Source: Gemmatimonadales bacterium
GTDB lineage: Bacteria > Gemmatimonadota > Gemmatimonadetes > Gemmatimonadales > GWC2-71-9
Assembly (NCBI GenBank): GCA_025928645.1
Contig: JAICJD010000002.1
Location: 1 to 63,382, forward strand
Reading direction: 5' to 3'
DNA length: 63,382 nucleotides
Below are positions 7,651 through 17,399 of this stretch, piece after piece. Each line of letters begins with the position of its first letter. Within the stretch, counting starts at the first letter, position 1. The notes under the pieces were generated by a model that saw nothing but the letters and a program-made list of their open reading frames with translations, made no database searches and had not been told where the DNA came from. The translations under genes and the position numbers were made by a program.

Positions 7651-8642
7651 GGCAGGCCTCTGAGCCGGGTGGCGCCGAGCACCAGCCCGACGGCGAGCAG
7701 CCCGAGCCCGGGGCCGAGCGCGAACCCGAAGAGTTCGCGGTAGTCGCGGGTCTCGCTGATCTTGACCTCGCGGCGCTCGAGCGGATCGATCGCGCTCAAA
7801 ATCTCCTTCAGCGCCTGTGGGTCCGTGGCCCGGAAGTATCGGCCGCCGGTCCGGTCGGAGATGCGCTTGAGGATGGCCTCGTCACCCGACGTGAGCCGAT
7901 CCGGCGTGCGCCCGCCCGCGCGCCAGATGAACCGCTTGTCGGGCGCGGTGGTGTCGGCCGCGCTCACGCCGATCGTGTGGATCCGGATGCCGATGGCCCT
8001 CGCCGCCTCCGCCGCCACCAGCGGCGACGGCTTGCCCGTGTTGTTCGCCCCGTCGGTGATCAGGACGATGGCGCTCGCCGCCGGCGGCAGGTCCTTGAGC
8101 TGGTTGAGGCAGGTCGCGATCGCAGTGCCGATCGCCGTGCCGTCGGGCAGCATGCCGATGTCCACCTTCCCCAGCATGCGGCCGAGCAGATCGTTGTCCG
8201 GCGTGAGCGGCGCCTGGAGGAACGCGCGGCCGGCGAAGATCACGAGGCCGAGCAGATCGCCCTTCCGCTCGCGGGTGAAGTCGGCCAGGACCGAGCGCGC
8301 CACCATCAGCCGGTTGCCGGGCTGGAAGTCGCCCGCCTTCATGCTGCTCGAGATGTCGAGCGCGACCATGATGTTGCGCGACTTGCTCCGGATCTGCCGC
8401 ACCTCGTGGGGCACCTGCGGCCGCGCCAGCGCCACCGCGAGCAGCGCGAGGCCGAGCATGCGGAGCGCGTCGGGGAGCCAGGGCCAGCGCGCGCGCCAGG
8501 TGACGGGCGCGCCCTGGAGAAACGGCAGCCCGGGGAATCCGATGCGCTCGACCGGCACGGCGCGACGGTCGCGCCAGCGGGCCACCGCCCAGCCCAATGG
8601 CACGAGGAGCAGCAGCAGATAGACCGGGTCAGCGAACCGCAT
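7647..8642 (-). CDS. batA: BatA-like VWA-domain membrane protein
   Basis: MRFADPVYLLLLLVPLGWAV..., MIDAS DISSSM, VIFAGRAFLQAPLTPD, LITDGANN, and a C-terminal TM. ATG at 8642 confirmed. The 4-nt overlap with batB implies coupling. Confidence 0.9.
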   Translation of the reverse strand: MRFADPVYLLLLLVPLGWAVARWRDRRAVPVERIGFPGLPFLQGAPVTWRARWPWLPDALRMLGLALLAVALARPQVPHEVRQIRSKSRNIMVALDISSSMKAGDFQPGNRLMVARSVLADFTRERKGDLLGLVIFAGRAFLQAPLTPDNDLLGRMLGKVDIGMLPDGTAIGTAIATCLNQLKDLPPAASAIVLITDGANNTGKPSPLVAAEAARAIGIRIHTIGVSAADTTAPDKRFIWRAGGRTPDRLTSGDEAILKRISDRTGGRYFRATDPQALKEILSAIDPLERREVKISETRDYRELFGFALGPGLGLLAVGLVLGATRLRGLP

Positions 8643-9591
8643 CGGCCGTCTCCCGCGTCGCTGCCTCGCGCCAGGCGGCGAGCAGCACGCGCGCCTCGCC
8701 GAGGAACGCCCCCGCCGCATCCCGGCCCGGCCGGCGCCGGGCGAACTTGACCAGGTCGGCCTCGCCGAACACCCGGATGCAGGCGCGGCGAAGCGCTCCG
8801 TCCCCGAGGTGGAGCGGGAGGACGTCGAGCAGCTCCGTGCTCGTGCGCTCGCGCGCGGGAACGCCCTCGGCTGCGGCGAGATAATCGCGCAGGCTGTCGG
8901 CCACCTCGGCGTAGCGCCGAGTCACGTCCCGGGCGGACCACGGCGCGGCGGCGATCGCGTCGAGCCGTGCCAGCGCGATGTCGTAGGGATCGGGCGGCCG
9001 TGGCGGCTCGGGCTCCTCGAGCGGGAGCGCTGGGGAGGGCAGCCGGCGCCGAGTGAGCCACGCCAGGATGCCGAGCGCCGCCAGGGCCAGGACGCCCGCG
9101 GCCAGCGCAATGGGCAGGCGTCCGCCTCCCGGCCGCGGCTCCTTGATGTCGCGCAGAGTCGCGCTGCCGCCCCCGACCAGCACGGGCACCACGTCCACCG
9201 CCGCGGGGTCGCTGGTGAGCGTGCCGCGACTCAGGCCCTTCACCGATCGCATGAAGGGAAGCTGGAAGAGCGGCACGCTCTGGTGTCCCGGTCGGTAGAA
9301 CGCGAGCCGTGCGCGCCCGAGGAAGATCCGATCGGGCTGACGCTGCAGCTTGTCGATGGAGATGATGCGCACCCAGGGCGGGGGGGTAAGCGCGGGCGCG
9401 GGCACCGTGTCGAACAGGAGATCGCGTTCGTCGAGCCGGACCCGGAACAGGAGCGTGACCGTGTCGCCGACGGTCGGGCGCACGGTTTCCGGAATCACCT
9501 CCCAGTGCTGTCCGTGCAGCTGAGCCCGCGCCGCCCGCGGCGCGGCGAGCATCAGCGCGGCCACGGCCAGCGCGCGGAACGAGACCCTCAT
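8629..9591 (-). CDS. Bat-operon membrane protein (signal peptide, periplasmic domain, TM, DUF4381-like cytoplasmic tail)
   Basis: MRVSFRALAVAALMLAAPRAARAQ (signal peptide), a TM helix LPIALAAGVLALAALGILAWL, then PPDPYDIALARLDAI...LVKFARRRP, as in the small proteins usually found between DUF58 and BatA. ATGA overlap with the DUF58 gene at 9588-9591. Confidence 0.65.
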   Translation of the reverse strand: MRVSFRALAVAALMLAAPRAARAQLHGQHWEVIPETVRPTVGDTVTLLFRVRLDERDLLFDTVPAPALTPPPWVRIISIDKLQRQPDRIFLGRARLAFYRPGHQSVPLFQLPFMRSVKGLSRGTLTSDPAAVDVVPVLVGGGSATLRDIKEPRPGGGRLPIALAAGVLALAALGILAWLTRRRLPSPALPLEEPEPPRPPDPYDIALARLDAIAAAPWSARDVTRRYAEVADSLRDYLAAAEGVPARERTSTELLDVLPLHLGDGALRRACIRVFGEADLVKFARRRPGRDAAGAFLGEARVLLAAWREAATRETADAVR

Positions 9592-10465
9592 CGCCCCAGC
9601 CTCCGCTCCCGCCGGCGGAAGAACGTGAGCAGCGGCTCGGCGTACGGCCGTCCGGTCTCGAGCCGCAGCAGGTCGACGTTCCGATCCCGGAGCGACCGCT
9701 CGAGGTGCTGGTCGAACGCCGCCGCCCGGCCGGCGAAATAGTGCCGCACCTCGGGCGAATCGGTGTCGATCCGGCGCCACTGCCCGCTCTCCGCGTCCCA
9801 CAGCGTGACGATCCCGGCGGCGGGCAGCTTGCGCTCGCGCGGGTCCACCAGCTGGAGGCCGACCACGTCGTGCCGGCGCGCGAGCCGCGCCAGGATGGTC
9901 TCGTGCCCGGAAGCCAGGAAGTCGGAGAGGACGAAGATGACCGCGCGGCGCCGGAGCACGGGCTCGATCTCGGCGAGCGCGGCGCCGAGGTCGGTGCCCG
10001 TCCCGGCGGGCTCGAAGCGGAGCAGGTCGTTGATGAGGCGCAGGACGTGCCGCCGGCCCTTGGCCGGCTGGAGGTGGTACTCGACGCGGTCGGTGAAGAA
10101 GACGGCGCCGATCCGGTCGTTGTTCCGCACCGCCGCCAACGCGAGGACGGCGGTGACCTCGGCGGCGAGCCCCGTCTTGGTGCGGCGCCGGGTGCCGAAC
10201 CGGCCCGAGGCGCTCAGGTCCACTACGAACAGGACGGTGAGCTCGCGCTCCTCGAGGTAGCGCTTCACGTAGGCGGCGCCGAGCCGCGCGGTGACGTTCC
10301 AGTCGATGGTGCGAACGTCGTCGCCGGGCTGATACTCGCGCACCTCGGCGAACTCGACGCCCCGCCCGCGGAAGGCGCTGGAATATTCCCCGGCGACGAT
10401 GTCACGCACGAGATGGCGGGTGGTGATCTCGATCCGCCGGACCTCGTGCGCGGCCTCCTCGGGCG

Positions 10466-10469
<4 letters not shown>
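9588..10469 (-). CDS. DUF58 domain protein (MoxR-associated, VWA-like)
   Basis: HEVRRIEITTRHLVRDIVAGEYSSAFRGRGVEFAEVREYQPGDDVRTIDWNVTARL... is the canonical DUF58 N-terminus. 4-nt overlap with moxR. Confidence 0.9.
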
Positions 10470-11491
<1,022 letters not shown>

Positions 11492-11822
11492 GCCGGAAAT
11501 CTAACTACGGCCAGTCGATCAGCGGCGCGGGCGCGGGGGGCGAAGGCACGGCCGGCTCCTCGAGCGCCTCCGCCGGCGCGAAGACCAGCATGACGACCCG
11601 GGCGTTTCCGGCTCGGTGCCTGCCACGAAGGTGGTCGCAAGGCCTTCATGGCTTCCGCCGAACGAGAGTTGCTGCCGCCGTGAACGATTGCCGGCCGCGC
11701 CACGCGTTTCGTGGAGGAACCATCGCGAGTCGTCCGGCGTCTCGAGAGAGACTCGCGCGCGGGGCTTACGCGCCCGTCGACATCACGCCCGGTCAGCCAA
11801 CCTGAGAACCGGAAATCAGAGA

Positions 11823-11859
11823 GGGAAAAGCGAAGGCCCTCCGCGATTCGGTGGGCCTT
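11823..11859 (-). terminator. Rho-independent terminator of the 86-aa gene
   Basis: The minus strand reads AAGGCCC-ACCGAATCGCGGA-GGGCCTT followed by CGCTTTTCCC. The stem halves are at 11833-11839 and 11853-11859. Confidence 0.6.
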
Positions 11860-11922
11860 GGGGCACAGCGGAAGGACGATTGGAGGCCGGGCCGGGCAGG
11901 TTCCCCGTACCCGGAGGCGCGC

Positions 11923-12183
11923 TCAGGTCGGCCCATTGAAGGCCGGATCGCTGGCCCGGGTCCGCAGCTCGGTCTCGGCCCCGCGGTACCATCCCCCCCG
12001 GAACTCGAAGTGCCGCTCGTCCAGAATGCGGCTGTTGAGTGCCTCGGTCCCCTGTTGCTGTACCTGCCAGAGCAGCACCTTGGCGCCCATTTCCGCCGCC
12101 GTCTCCCAGAGGTCCGGCACCAGCGGAGGATACATCTCGGCGAACTCGGGTTTGAGCCTGGCCTCTCTCGGGGTGAACTCCAT
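11923..12183 (-). CDS. Hypothetical small protein (86 aa)
   Basis: MEFTPREARLKPEFAEMYPPLVPDLWETAAEMGAKVLLWQVQQQGTEALNSRILDERHFEFRGGWYRGAETEL... The amino-acid composition is balanced, third codon positions are GC-rich, and it has its own terminator. I recognise no family. Confidence 0.5.
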   Translation of the reverse strand: MEFTPREARLKPEFAEMYPPLVPDLWETAAEMGAKVLLWQVQQQGTEALNSRILDERHFEFRGGWYRGAETELRTRASDPAFNGPT

Positions 12184-12358
12184 TCCGTTCCTCCGGGCAC
12201 GATCCGACGCGTGGCCCGGCGGCCGCCGGGTCGACGAGAGCTAGGATAATGCAGTCCGCCCCAGCGGGGCACCAGGGGTACGCGGCCCGGTTTCGCCACT
12301 CGCGCCGTTCCCGGGACCGGGCCACTATTCGGGTCGCCCAAGCCGAGCCCGGCCCCGA

Positions 12359-13396
12359 ATGCGTATCGTCGTGACCTTCGACACCCCGTACGGCGGGTGG
12401 GACCACCCCGACCACGAGCGCCAGATGGCGACCGAGGTCGCGGCGTGGAAGCATGATGAGCCCGAGATGGAGTATCAGATCGCCGACGCCCTGCGTGCGC
12501 GGGGGCACGAGGTTGTTCTGGTCGGCGTACGCAATGACCTGCAGTACCTGGTGCAGTGCCTGGGGGAGATCCGCCCCGACCTGGTGTTCAACGCCGTCGA
12601 GGCGTTCCACGGCAACGCCGGGCTCGAGTACATGGTGCCCGGCATGCTCGAGGCGGAGGGCTACCGCTACACGGGGTCGCCCCCGCTGGCCCTGCTCGTG
12701 TCCCGGAACAAGGCGATGAGCAAGAAAATCCTCGCCTACCACGGCATCCGGGTGCCGGGGTTCGTCACCTGGCGCCCCGGGGAAACCCTGACGGTCCCCG
12801 AGACGCTCCGCTATCCGCTCATCGTGAAGCCGCTCCAGAGCGACGCCTCGGCGGGGATCGCCCAGGCCTCGGTGGTGCAGGACCGCGCGGCGCTGGTCGA
12901 GCGCGTCACGATGATGCACGCGCGGTTCGACCAGCCGGCCATCGCCGAGGAGTTCGTGGACGGACGCGAGCTCTACGTGAGCATCATCGGCAACGGGGAG
13001 AGCTTCGACATCCTGCCGATCACCGAGATGGTGTTCGACAAGCGTCGCAGCCGCCCGGAGGAGCGGATCGCCACGCAGAGCGCCAAGTGGGACGAGGAGT
13101 ATCGCGGGCGGAAGGGCATTCGCAACGTGTTCGCGCGGCCGATCTCGCGCGCGGCACGGGCGAGGATCGAGGAGATCTGCCGCACCGCCTTCCGGGCGCT
13201 CTGGCTCCGGGACTATGCCAGGCTCGACGTCCGGCTCGCGCCGGACGGCGAGGTCTGGGTGCTCGAGGCGAACGCGAACCCGTTCATCAGCTATGGACAC
13301 GACATGGCCAACGCGGCCGACAAGGCGGGCATGGAGTACTACGACTTCATCCAGCGGCTGGTGGACGAAGCGGTGGCTCGCTATGAGCACGCGTAG
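12359..13396 (+). CDS. ATP-grasp ligase (D-Ala-D-Ala ligase/RimK-like fold)
   Basis: 345 aa: ...SRNKAMSKKILAYHGIRVPGF...YPLIVKPLQSDASAGI...EEFVDGRELYVSIIGN...YARLDVRLAPDGEVWVLEANANP, which is the ATP-grasp core. Confidence 0.85.
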   Translation: MRIVVTFDTPYGGWDHPDHERQMATEVAAWKHDEPEMEYQIADALRARGHEVVLVGVRNDLQYLVQCLGEIRPDLVFNAVEAFHGNAGLEYMVPGMLEAEGYRYTGSPPLALLVSRNKAMSKKILAYHGIRVPGFVTWRPGETLTVPETLRYPLIVKPLQSDASAGIAQASVVQDRAALVERVTMMHARFDQPAIAEEFVDGRELYVSIIGNGESFDILPITEMVFDKRRSRPEERIATQSAKWDEEYRGRKGIRNVFARPISRAARARIEEICRTAFRALWLRDYARLDVRLAPDGEVWVLEANANPFISYGHDMANAADKAGMEYYDFIQRLVDEAVARYEHA

Positions 13397-14399
13397 GCGG
13401 CGCCGGGCCACCGGCCGCGCCCAGTACCGCTGCGTCTGCGGCCACGAGCTCAAGAAGTACTGGGCCTTCTGCTCCAACTGCGGGCGCGGCCAGCAGTGGA
13501 AGGACCTCGACCACCTGACCGGCGCGGAGTGCTACCGCTGCGGCTGGGTCGTGAGCGACACGTTCTCGTTCTGCCCCTGGTGCGACGCGGACATCCACGA
13601 AGAGGGCTACTCCAGCGAGCGGCCCCTCAAGGCGCCGCGAGGGTTCCGGATGGACGCCCGCTGCGACTGGGGCTGCGGTGGAGGCGTGCAGTACCCGATG
13701 CCGTACTGCCCGTGGTGCGGCCGGCCCCAGAGCTGGAACGAGGAGGACCTGTTCGAGGGCGAGTGTCCTCACTGCCACCGCGGCGTGGACGACCTGATGA
13801 ACGTGTGCCCCTGGTGCGGCCTGGACGCCACCGGACGGGACCTCATCCCCCGCGCGCTCACGCGGGTGCGCCGTCTGCTGCTGGTCTCCCGCATCCGCGA
13901 CTGGGGCTACCGCGTCCTGCTGCGGCCGGGCGTGAGCGGGGTCGATCCGCGCTGGCCCAAGGCGGTCGAGATCGAGCAGCGCTACGTGATCGGCTCGAAG
14001 CGGCGCGACGAGATCCCGTGGACCATGCTGGTCGGGCTCCTCACCCACGAGCTCGGGCACAGCTTCCTGTACCATCACTGGGACTGGACCCGCTCGCGGC
14101 GGTTCCGGCGCGCGTTTGGCGAGGTCGACAAGGCCTACCGCGGAATGGACAACACGTGGGTCTACTTTCAGCGCCGCCGCGTGGCGATCGCCCCGCGCGA
14201 CTTCGTGAGCGCGTACGCCGCGAAGCATCCGCAGGAAGACTTCGCCGAGGTGTTCCGGTTCTACGTGACCCGCCGCGGCCGCCTGCGCGACCTGTTCGCC
14301 GAGTTCGGCCAGAAACGGAAGGGCGTGATTCTGTACGAGAAGTTCCTGGTGCTGCACGATTTCGTGCGGGCGCTGCGGGGGTGGAGCGAGCTGCGGTAG
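13383..14399 (+). CDS. Four tandem Cys4 zinc ribbons fused to a putative HExxH zinc metallopeptidase domain
   Basis: From ATG 13383: YRCVCGHELKKYWAFCSNCG, ECYRCGWVVSDTFSFCPWCD, RCDWGCGGGVQYPMPYCPWCG, ECPHCHRGVDDLMNVCPWCG. The C-terminal domain has LLTHELGHSF and HPQEDFAEVF. Overlaps the ATP-grasp stop by 14 nt. Confidence 0.75.
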   Translation: MSTRRRRRATGRAQYRCVCGHELKKYWAFCSNCGRGQQWKDLDHLTGAECYRCGWVVSDTFSFCPWCDADIHEEGYSSERPLKAPRGFRMDARCDWGCGGGVQYPMPYCPWCGRPQSWNEEDLFEGECPHCHRGVDDLMNVCPWCGLDATGRDLIPRALTRVRRLLLVSRIRDWGYRVLLRPGVSGVDPRWPKAVEIEQRYVIGSKRRDEIPWTMLVGLLTHELGHSFLYHHWDWTRSRRFRRAFGEVDKAYRGMDNTWVYFQRRRVAIAPRDFVSAYAAKHPQEDFAEVFRFYVTRRGRLRDLFAEFGQKRKGVILYEKFLVLHDFVRALRGWSELR

Positions 14400-14523
14400 G
14401 GCGGTCAGACGGCCAGACGGTCAGACGGTCAGGGTCGTCGCGTTCGAGATGAAGCACACCGCAAGTAGCCTCACCGACCCTCTGACCGTCTGACCGTCCG
14501 ACCGTCCGACCGTCCGACCGCCC
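14399..14523. repeat. Palindromic element made of inverted octamer arrays (GGTCAGAC x about 4 / GTC[TC]GACC x about 5)
   Basis: Left arm 14399-14434 gggcggtcagacggccagacggtcagacggtcaggg. Right arm 14478-14523 ccctctgaccgtctgaccgtccgaccgtccgaccgtccgaccgccc. The two termini are exact reverse complements (gggcggtc / gaccgccc). Lies between convergent genes. Confidence 0.85.
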
Positions 14524-16111
14524 TCAGCGCCTCCATCGCGGCGTTCCGACCGTTGATCCCGATGACGCTCCCGCCGGGATGCGTGCCCGCGCCGCAGAGA
14601 AAGAGGCCCGGCATCGGCGTCCTGGCCGCGAGCCGCCGGTCCCACATGTAGTCGGGCAGGATCTCGCCCTGGAAGATGTGCCCGCCGGTCAGGCCCACCC
14701 GCCGCTCGATGTCGGGCGGCCCCAGTACGTCCATCGCCGTGACCGCGCCGGGCAGGTTTCGGCAGAAGCGCGCGATCGACTGAACCACGACCTGCCCCGC
14801 CTCTTCACGGCGGGTGTCCCACGACCCCTCGCGGAACTCGTTCGGCACGTATTGGGCGAACACGCTGAGCGTGTGCACCCCGGGCGGCGCGACGCTCGGG
14901 TCGAACACGGTCTGGAGATAAAGCTCGCACCAGGTGCGCGCCGGCAGCACGCCCTCGTTGGCCAGCCGGTGACACGCGCGCCATTCGGCCTTGGTGAGCG
15001 GGGTGTTCACCTGCCCCGTGTGGTGCGGCTCCCACGTGCCCGGCCGGGCGGTGAAGTCGGGCAGCTCGGTCAACGTCAGGTTGACCTTGACGGTCACTCC
15101 CATGCTCGGAATCGCCCGGACGCGCTCGGCCCAGTCGGGATCGGCCTTTCCGTCCATCAGCGCGAGCGTGGCCCGTGGATCGGCGTTCGAGATCACCTGC
15201 GCCGCCCGGATGCGCTCGCCCGATGCCAGCTCCACCCCTTCGCCCGGATGGATCCGCGCCACGGGCAGGCCCGCGGCGATCACCGCGCCCAACTCGCGCG
15301 CCACGTCGCACAGGAGAAACGACACCATGCCCATGCCGCCCTCGACGTAGCCCCACGTCCCGGGATGACCCTCCATCCGGCCCGACGCGTGGTGAAACAG
15401 CACCGACGCCGTGCCACGCTCGAACGGGCTCGCGTTGGTCCCGATCACGCCCTGGCCGAGATACGCGAGATGAAGACGCTCGTCCTCGAGGTACCGCTCG
15501 ACCAGGTCGATCATCGACCAGTCGAACAGGAGCCCGCGCGCCTCCTCGTCACCCGCCAGCCGCCCCTCGAGCTCCTCGCGCGTCGGCGACGGGCCGATCC
15601 AGACGTCCCGCTCGTCGTCCGGCCGGAGGCAGTCGCGGAGACGGTCCTTCACGTCCCTCATCGCGCGCCAGCCGCGCACGTCGCGCGGGGCGAACCGTCG
15701 GATCTCGTCTTCGCAGCGGTCGTCGTCTTCCCACAGCTGCACGCTGGTTCCGTCCTCGAATGGGACGAACATCCCGCCTTCGGCCGGAGTCCAGTGAAAT
15801 CCGTGCCCCGGAAGATCGAGCTCGCGAATGACCAGCGGATGCAGCAGCCCCGCCACGTAGGCGCAGGGCGACATCCGCACACCCGGCCATGGCTCCTCCA
15901 GGGTGCACGCGCCGCCCACGCGTTCCCGCGCCTCGAGCACCAGCACCCGGCGGCCGGCGCGTGCGAGGTACGCCGCGCAGGCGAGTCCGTTGTGGCCGGC
16001 GCCGACCACGATGACGTCCCAGCGCCGCGAGGCCAGCGTCCGCACCGGCTCGGGCAACCCCACGCGTCCCATGAGTGCCGCGGTCGGGCTGTCCTGCGGG
16101 CGACGGGTCAC
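14471..16111 (-). CDS. FAD-dependent oxidoreductase (phytoene desaturase/CrtI-like family)
   Basis: WDVIVVGAGHNGLACAAYLARAGRRVLVLEARERVGGA dinucleotide-binding motif, and a C-terminal GAGTHPGGSVIGINGRNAA. The last ~15 codons (VGRSDGRTVRRSEGR-stop) are encoded by the octamer array. Confidence 0.85.
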   Translation of the reverse strand: MTRRPQDSPTAALMGRVGLPEPVRTLASRRWDVIVVGAGHNGLACAAYLARAGRRVLVLEARERVGGACTLEEPWPGVRMSPCAYVAGLLHPLVIRELDLPGHGFHWTPAEGGMFVPFEDGTSVQLWEDDDRCEDEIRRFAPRDVRGWRAMRDVKDRLRDCLRPDDERDVWIGPSPTREELEGRLAGDEEARGLLFDWSMIDLVERYLEDERLHLAYLGQGVIGTNASPFERGTASVLFHHASGRMEGHPGTWGYVEGGMGMVSFLLCDVARELGAVIAAGLPVARIHPGEGVELASGERIRAAQVISNADPRATLALMDGKADPDWAERVRAIPSMGVTVKVNLTLTELPDFTARPGTWEPHHTGQVNTPLTKAEWRACHRLANEGVLPARTWCELYLQTVFDPSVAPPGVHTLSVFAQYVPNEFREGSWDTRREEAGQVVVQSIARFCRNLPGAVTAMDVLGPPDIERRVGLTGGHIFQGEILPDYMWDRRLAARTPMPGLFLCGAGTHPGGSVIGINGRNAAMEALRAVGRSDGRTVRRSEGR

Positions 16112-16202
16112 GCGGGCTCCAGGCTCGAGAGGAATGAGGTGAGTGGGTCGAATCTACCGCGGAAGGTGGGAGAACCGCCAAGCGGCGCGTTAGACTTCCC
16201 GC

Positions 16203-17369
16203 GTGACCGAGCGACTGTATTACACCGATGCCTACCTGACGGACTTCGAGGCCGACGTGGTCGATCGCGCCGACGAGGGCCGGCGGGTCTACCTGGACCA
16301 CACGGCCTTCTATCCGACCTCCGGCGGGCAGCCGCACGATACCGGCCGGCTCGGCGGCGCCGCCGTCCTCGACGTGATCGACGAAGACGGCCGCATCGCC
16401 CATGTCCTGGCCGAGCCGCTTGCGGCGGCCCGGGTGCGCGGGCAGATCGACTGGGCTCGCCGCCGCGATCACATGCAGCAGCACACGGGACAACATCTGC
16501 TTTCCGCGGTGCTGGCCGACGCGTACGGGCTCGCCACGGTGAGCGTGCACTTCGGACGCGATGCCTCGACGCTCGATCTCGCCGCGGCGGCGCTGCCGCA
16601 TGACCAGGTGGTCGAGGCCGAGCGGCTCGCCAACCGGGAAGTCACCGCCAACCGGCCGGTCACCGTCACGTTCGAGGACGCCGCCGAGGCCGCGGGTCTC
16701 CGGAAGCCCTCTGACCGTCCGGGGATCCTTCGGATCGTCACGATCGCGGGTCTGGACCGGAGCGCGTGCGGCGGGACTCACGTGCGCGCCACCGGCGAGA
16801 TCGGCCCGATCACCATCCGCAAGGTCGAACGGGTCAAGCAGCTCGTCCGGCTGGAGTTCCTCTGCGGCGACCGCGCGATCCGGCGGGCCCGCGCCGACGC
16901 CGACCTGCTCGCCGCGCTGGCCTCGGCGCAGTCCGCATCGCCGGACGACCTGCCCGGCCTGCTCGATGCGCAGCGCGCCGAGCTCAAGACCGGCGCGGCC
17001 GCGCGACGCGATCTCGAGGAAGCGCTCGCCGGCTATCGTGCCCGCGAGCTGTACGAAGCGCAGCCCGCGGATGCCCGTGGACGCCGCGTCGCCGTGGTGC
17101 GCGAGGCGGCCGGGCCGATCGACCGGCTCCGCCCGCTCGCGCAGGCCTATGCCGCGTTGTCGAATGGAATCTTCGTCGGCCTGGTGGAGAATCCGCCGGC
17201 GATCGTGCTCGCGGCCTCGGCGGATACCGGTCTCGACGCGGGGAGGCGGCTCAAGGAGGTGCTCGCGTCGCACGGGGGGCGGGGCGGCGGGAACCAACGG
17301 CTGGCGCAGGGGACGGTGCGGGACGCGGCCGCGCTCTCCCCCGTAGTGGAAGCGATCCTTACCGGCTGA
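16203..17369 (+). CDS. alaX: Alanyl-tRNA editing protein (AlaX-L type, tRNA_SAD domain)
   Basis: GTG start. YPTSGGQPHDTG, HxxxH (HTGQHLL) and CxxxH (CGGTHV) zinc motifs of the AlaRS editing domain. Confidence 0.85.
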   Translation: MTERLYYTDAYLTDFEADVVDRADEGRRVYLDHTAFYPTSGGQPHDTGRLGGAAVLDVIDEDGRIAHVLAEPLAAARVRGQIDWARRRDHMQQHTGQHLLSAVLADAYGLATVSVHFGRDASTLDLAAAALPHDQVVEAERLANREVTANRPVTVTFEDAAEAAGLRKPSDRPGILRIVTIAGLDRSACGGTHVRATGEIGPITIRKVERVKQLVRLEFLCGDRAIRRARADADLLAALASAQSASPDDLPGLLDAQRAELKTGAAARRDLEEALAGYRARELYEAQPADARGRRVAVVREAAGPIDRLRPLAQAYAALSNGIFVGLVENPPAIVLAASADTGLDAGRRLKEVLASHGGRGGGNQRLAQGTVRDAAALSPVVEAILTG

Positions 17370-17399
17370 GCGCCAAGCCGCGGCGACGGCCGGCTCGGC

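Noticed and set aside
5890-7743. 617-aa plus-strand ORF, and other plus-strand ORFs across 5877-11593
   Set aside because: They are antisense to the Bat/MoxR operon, whose five genes all carry diagnostic motifs.
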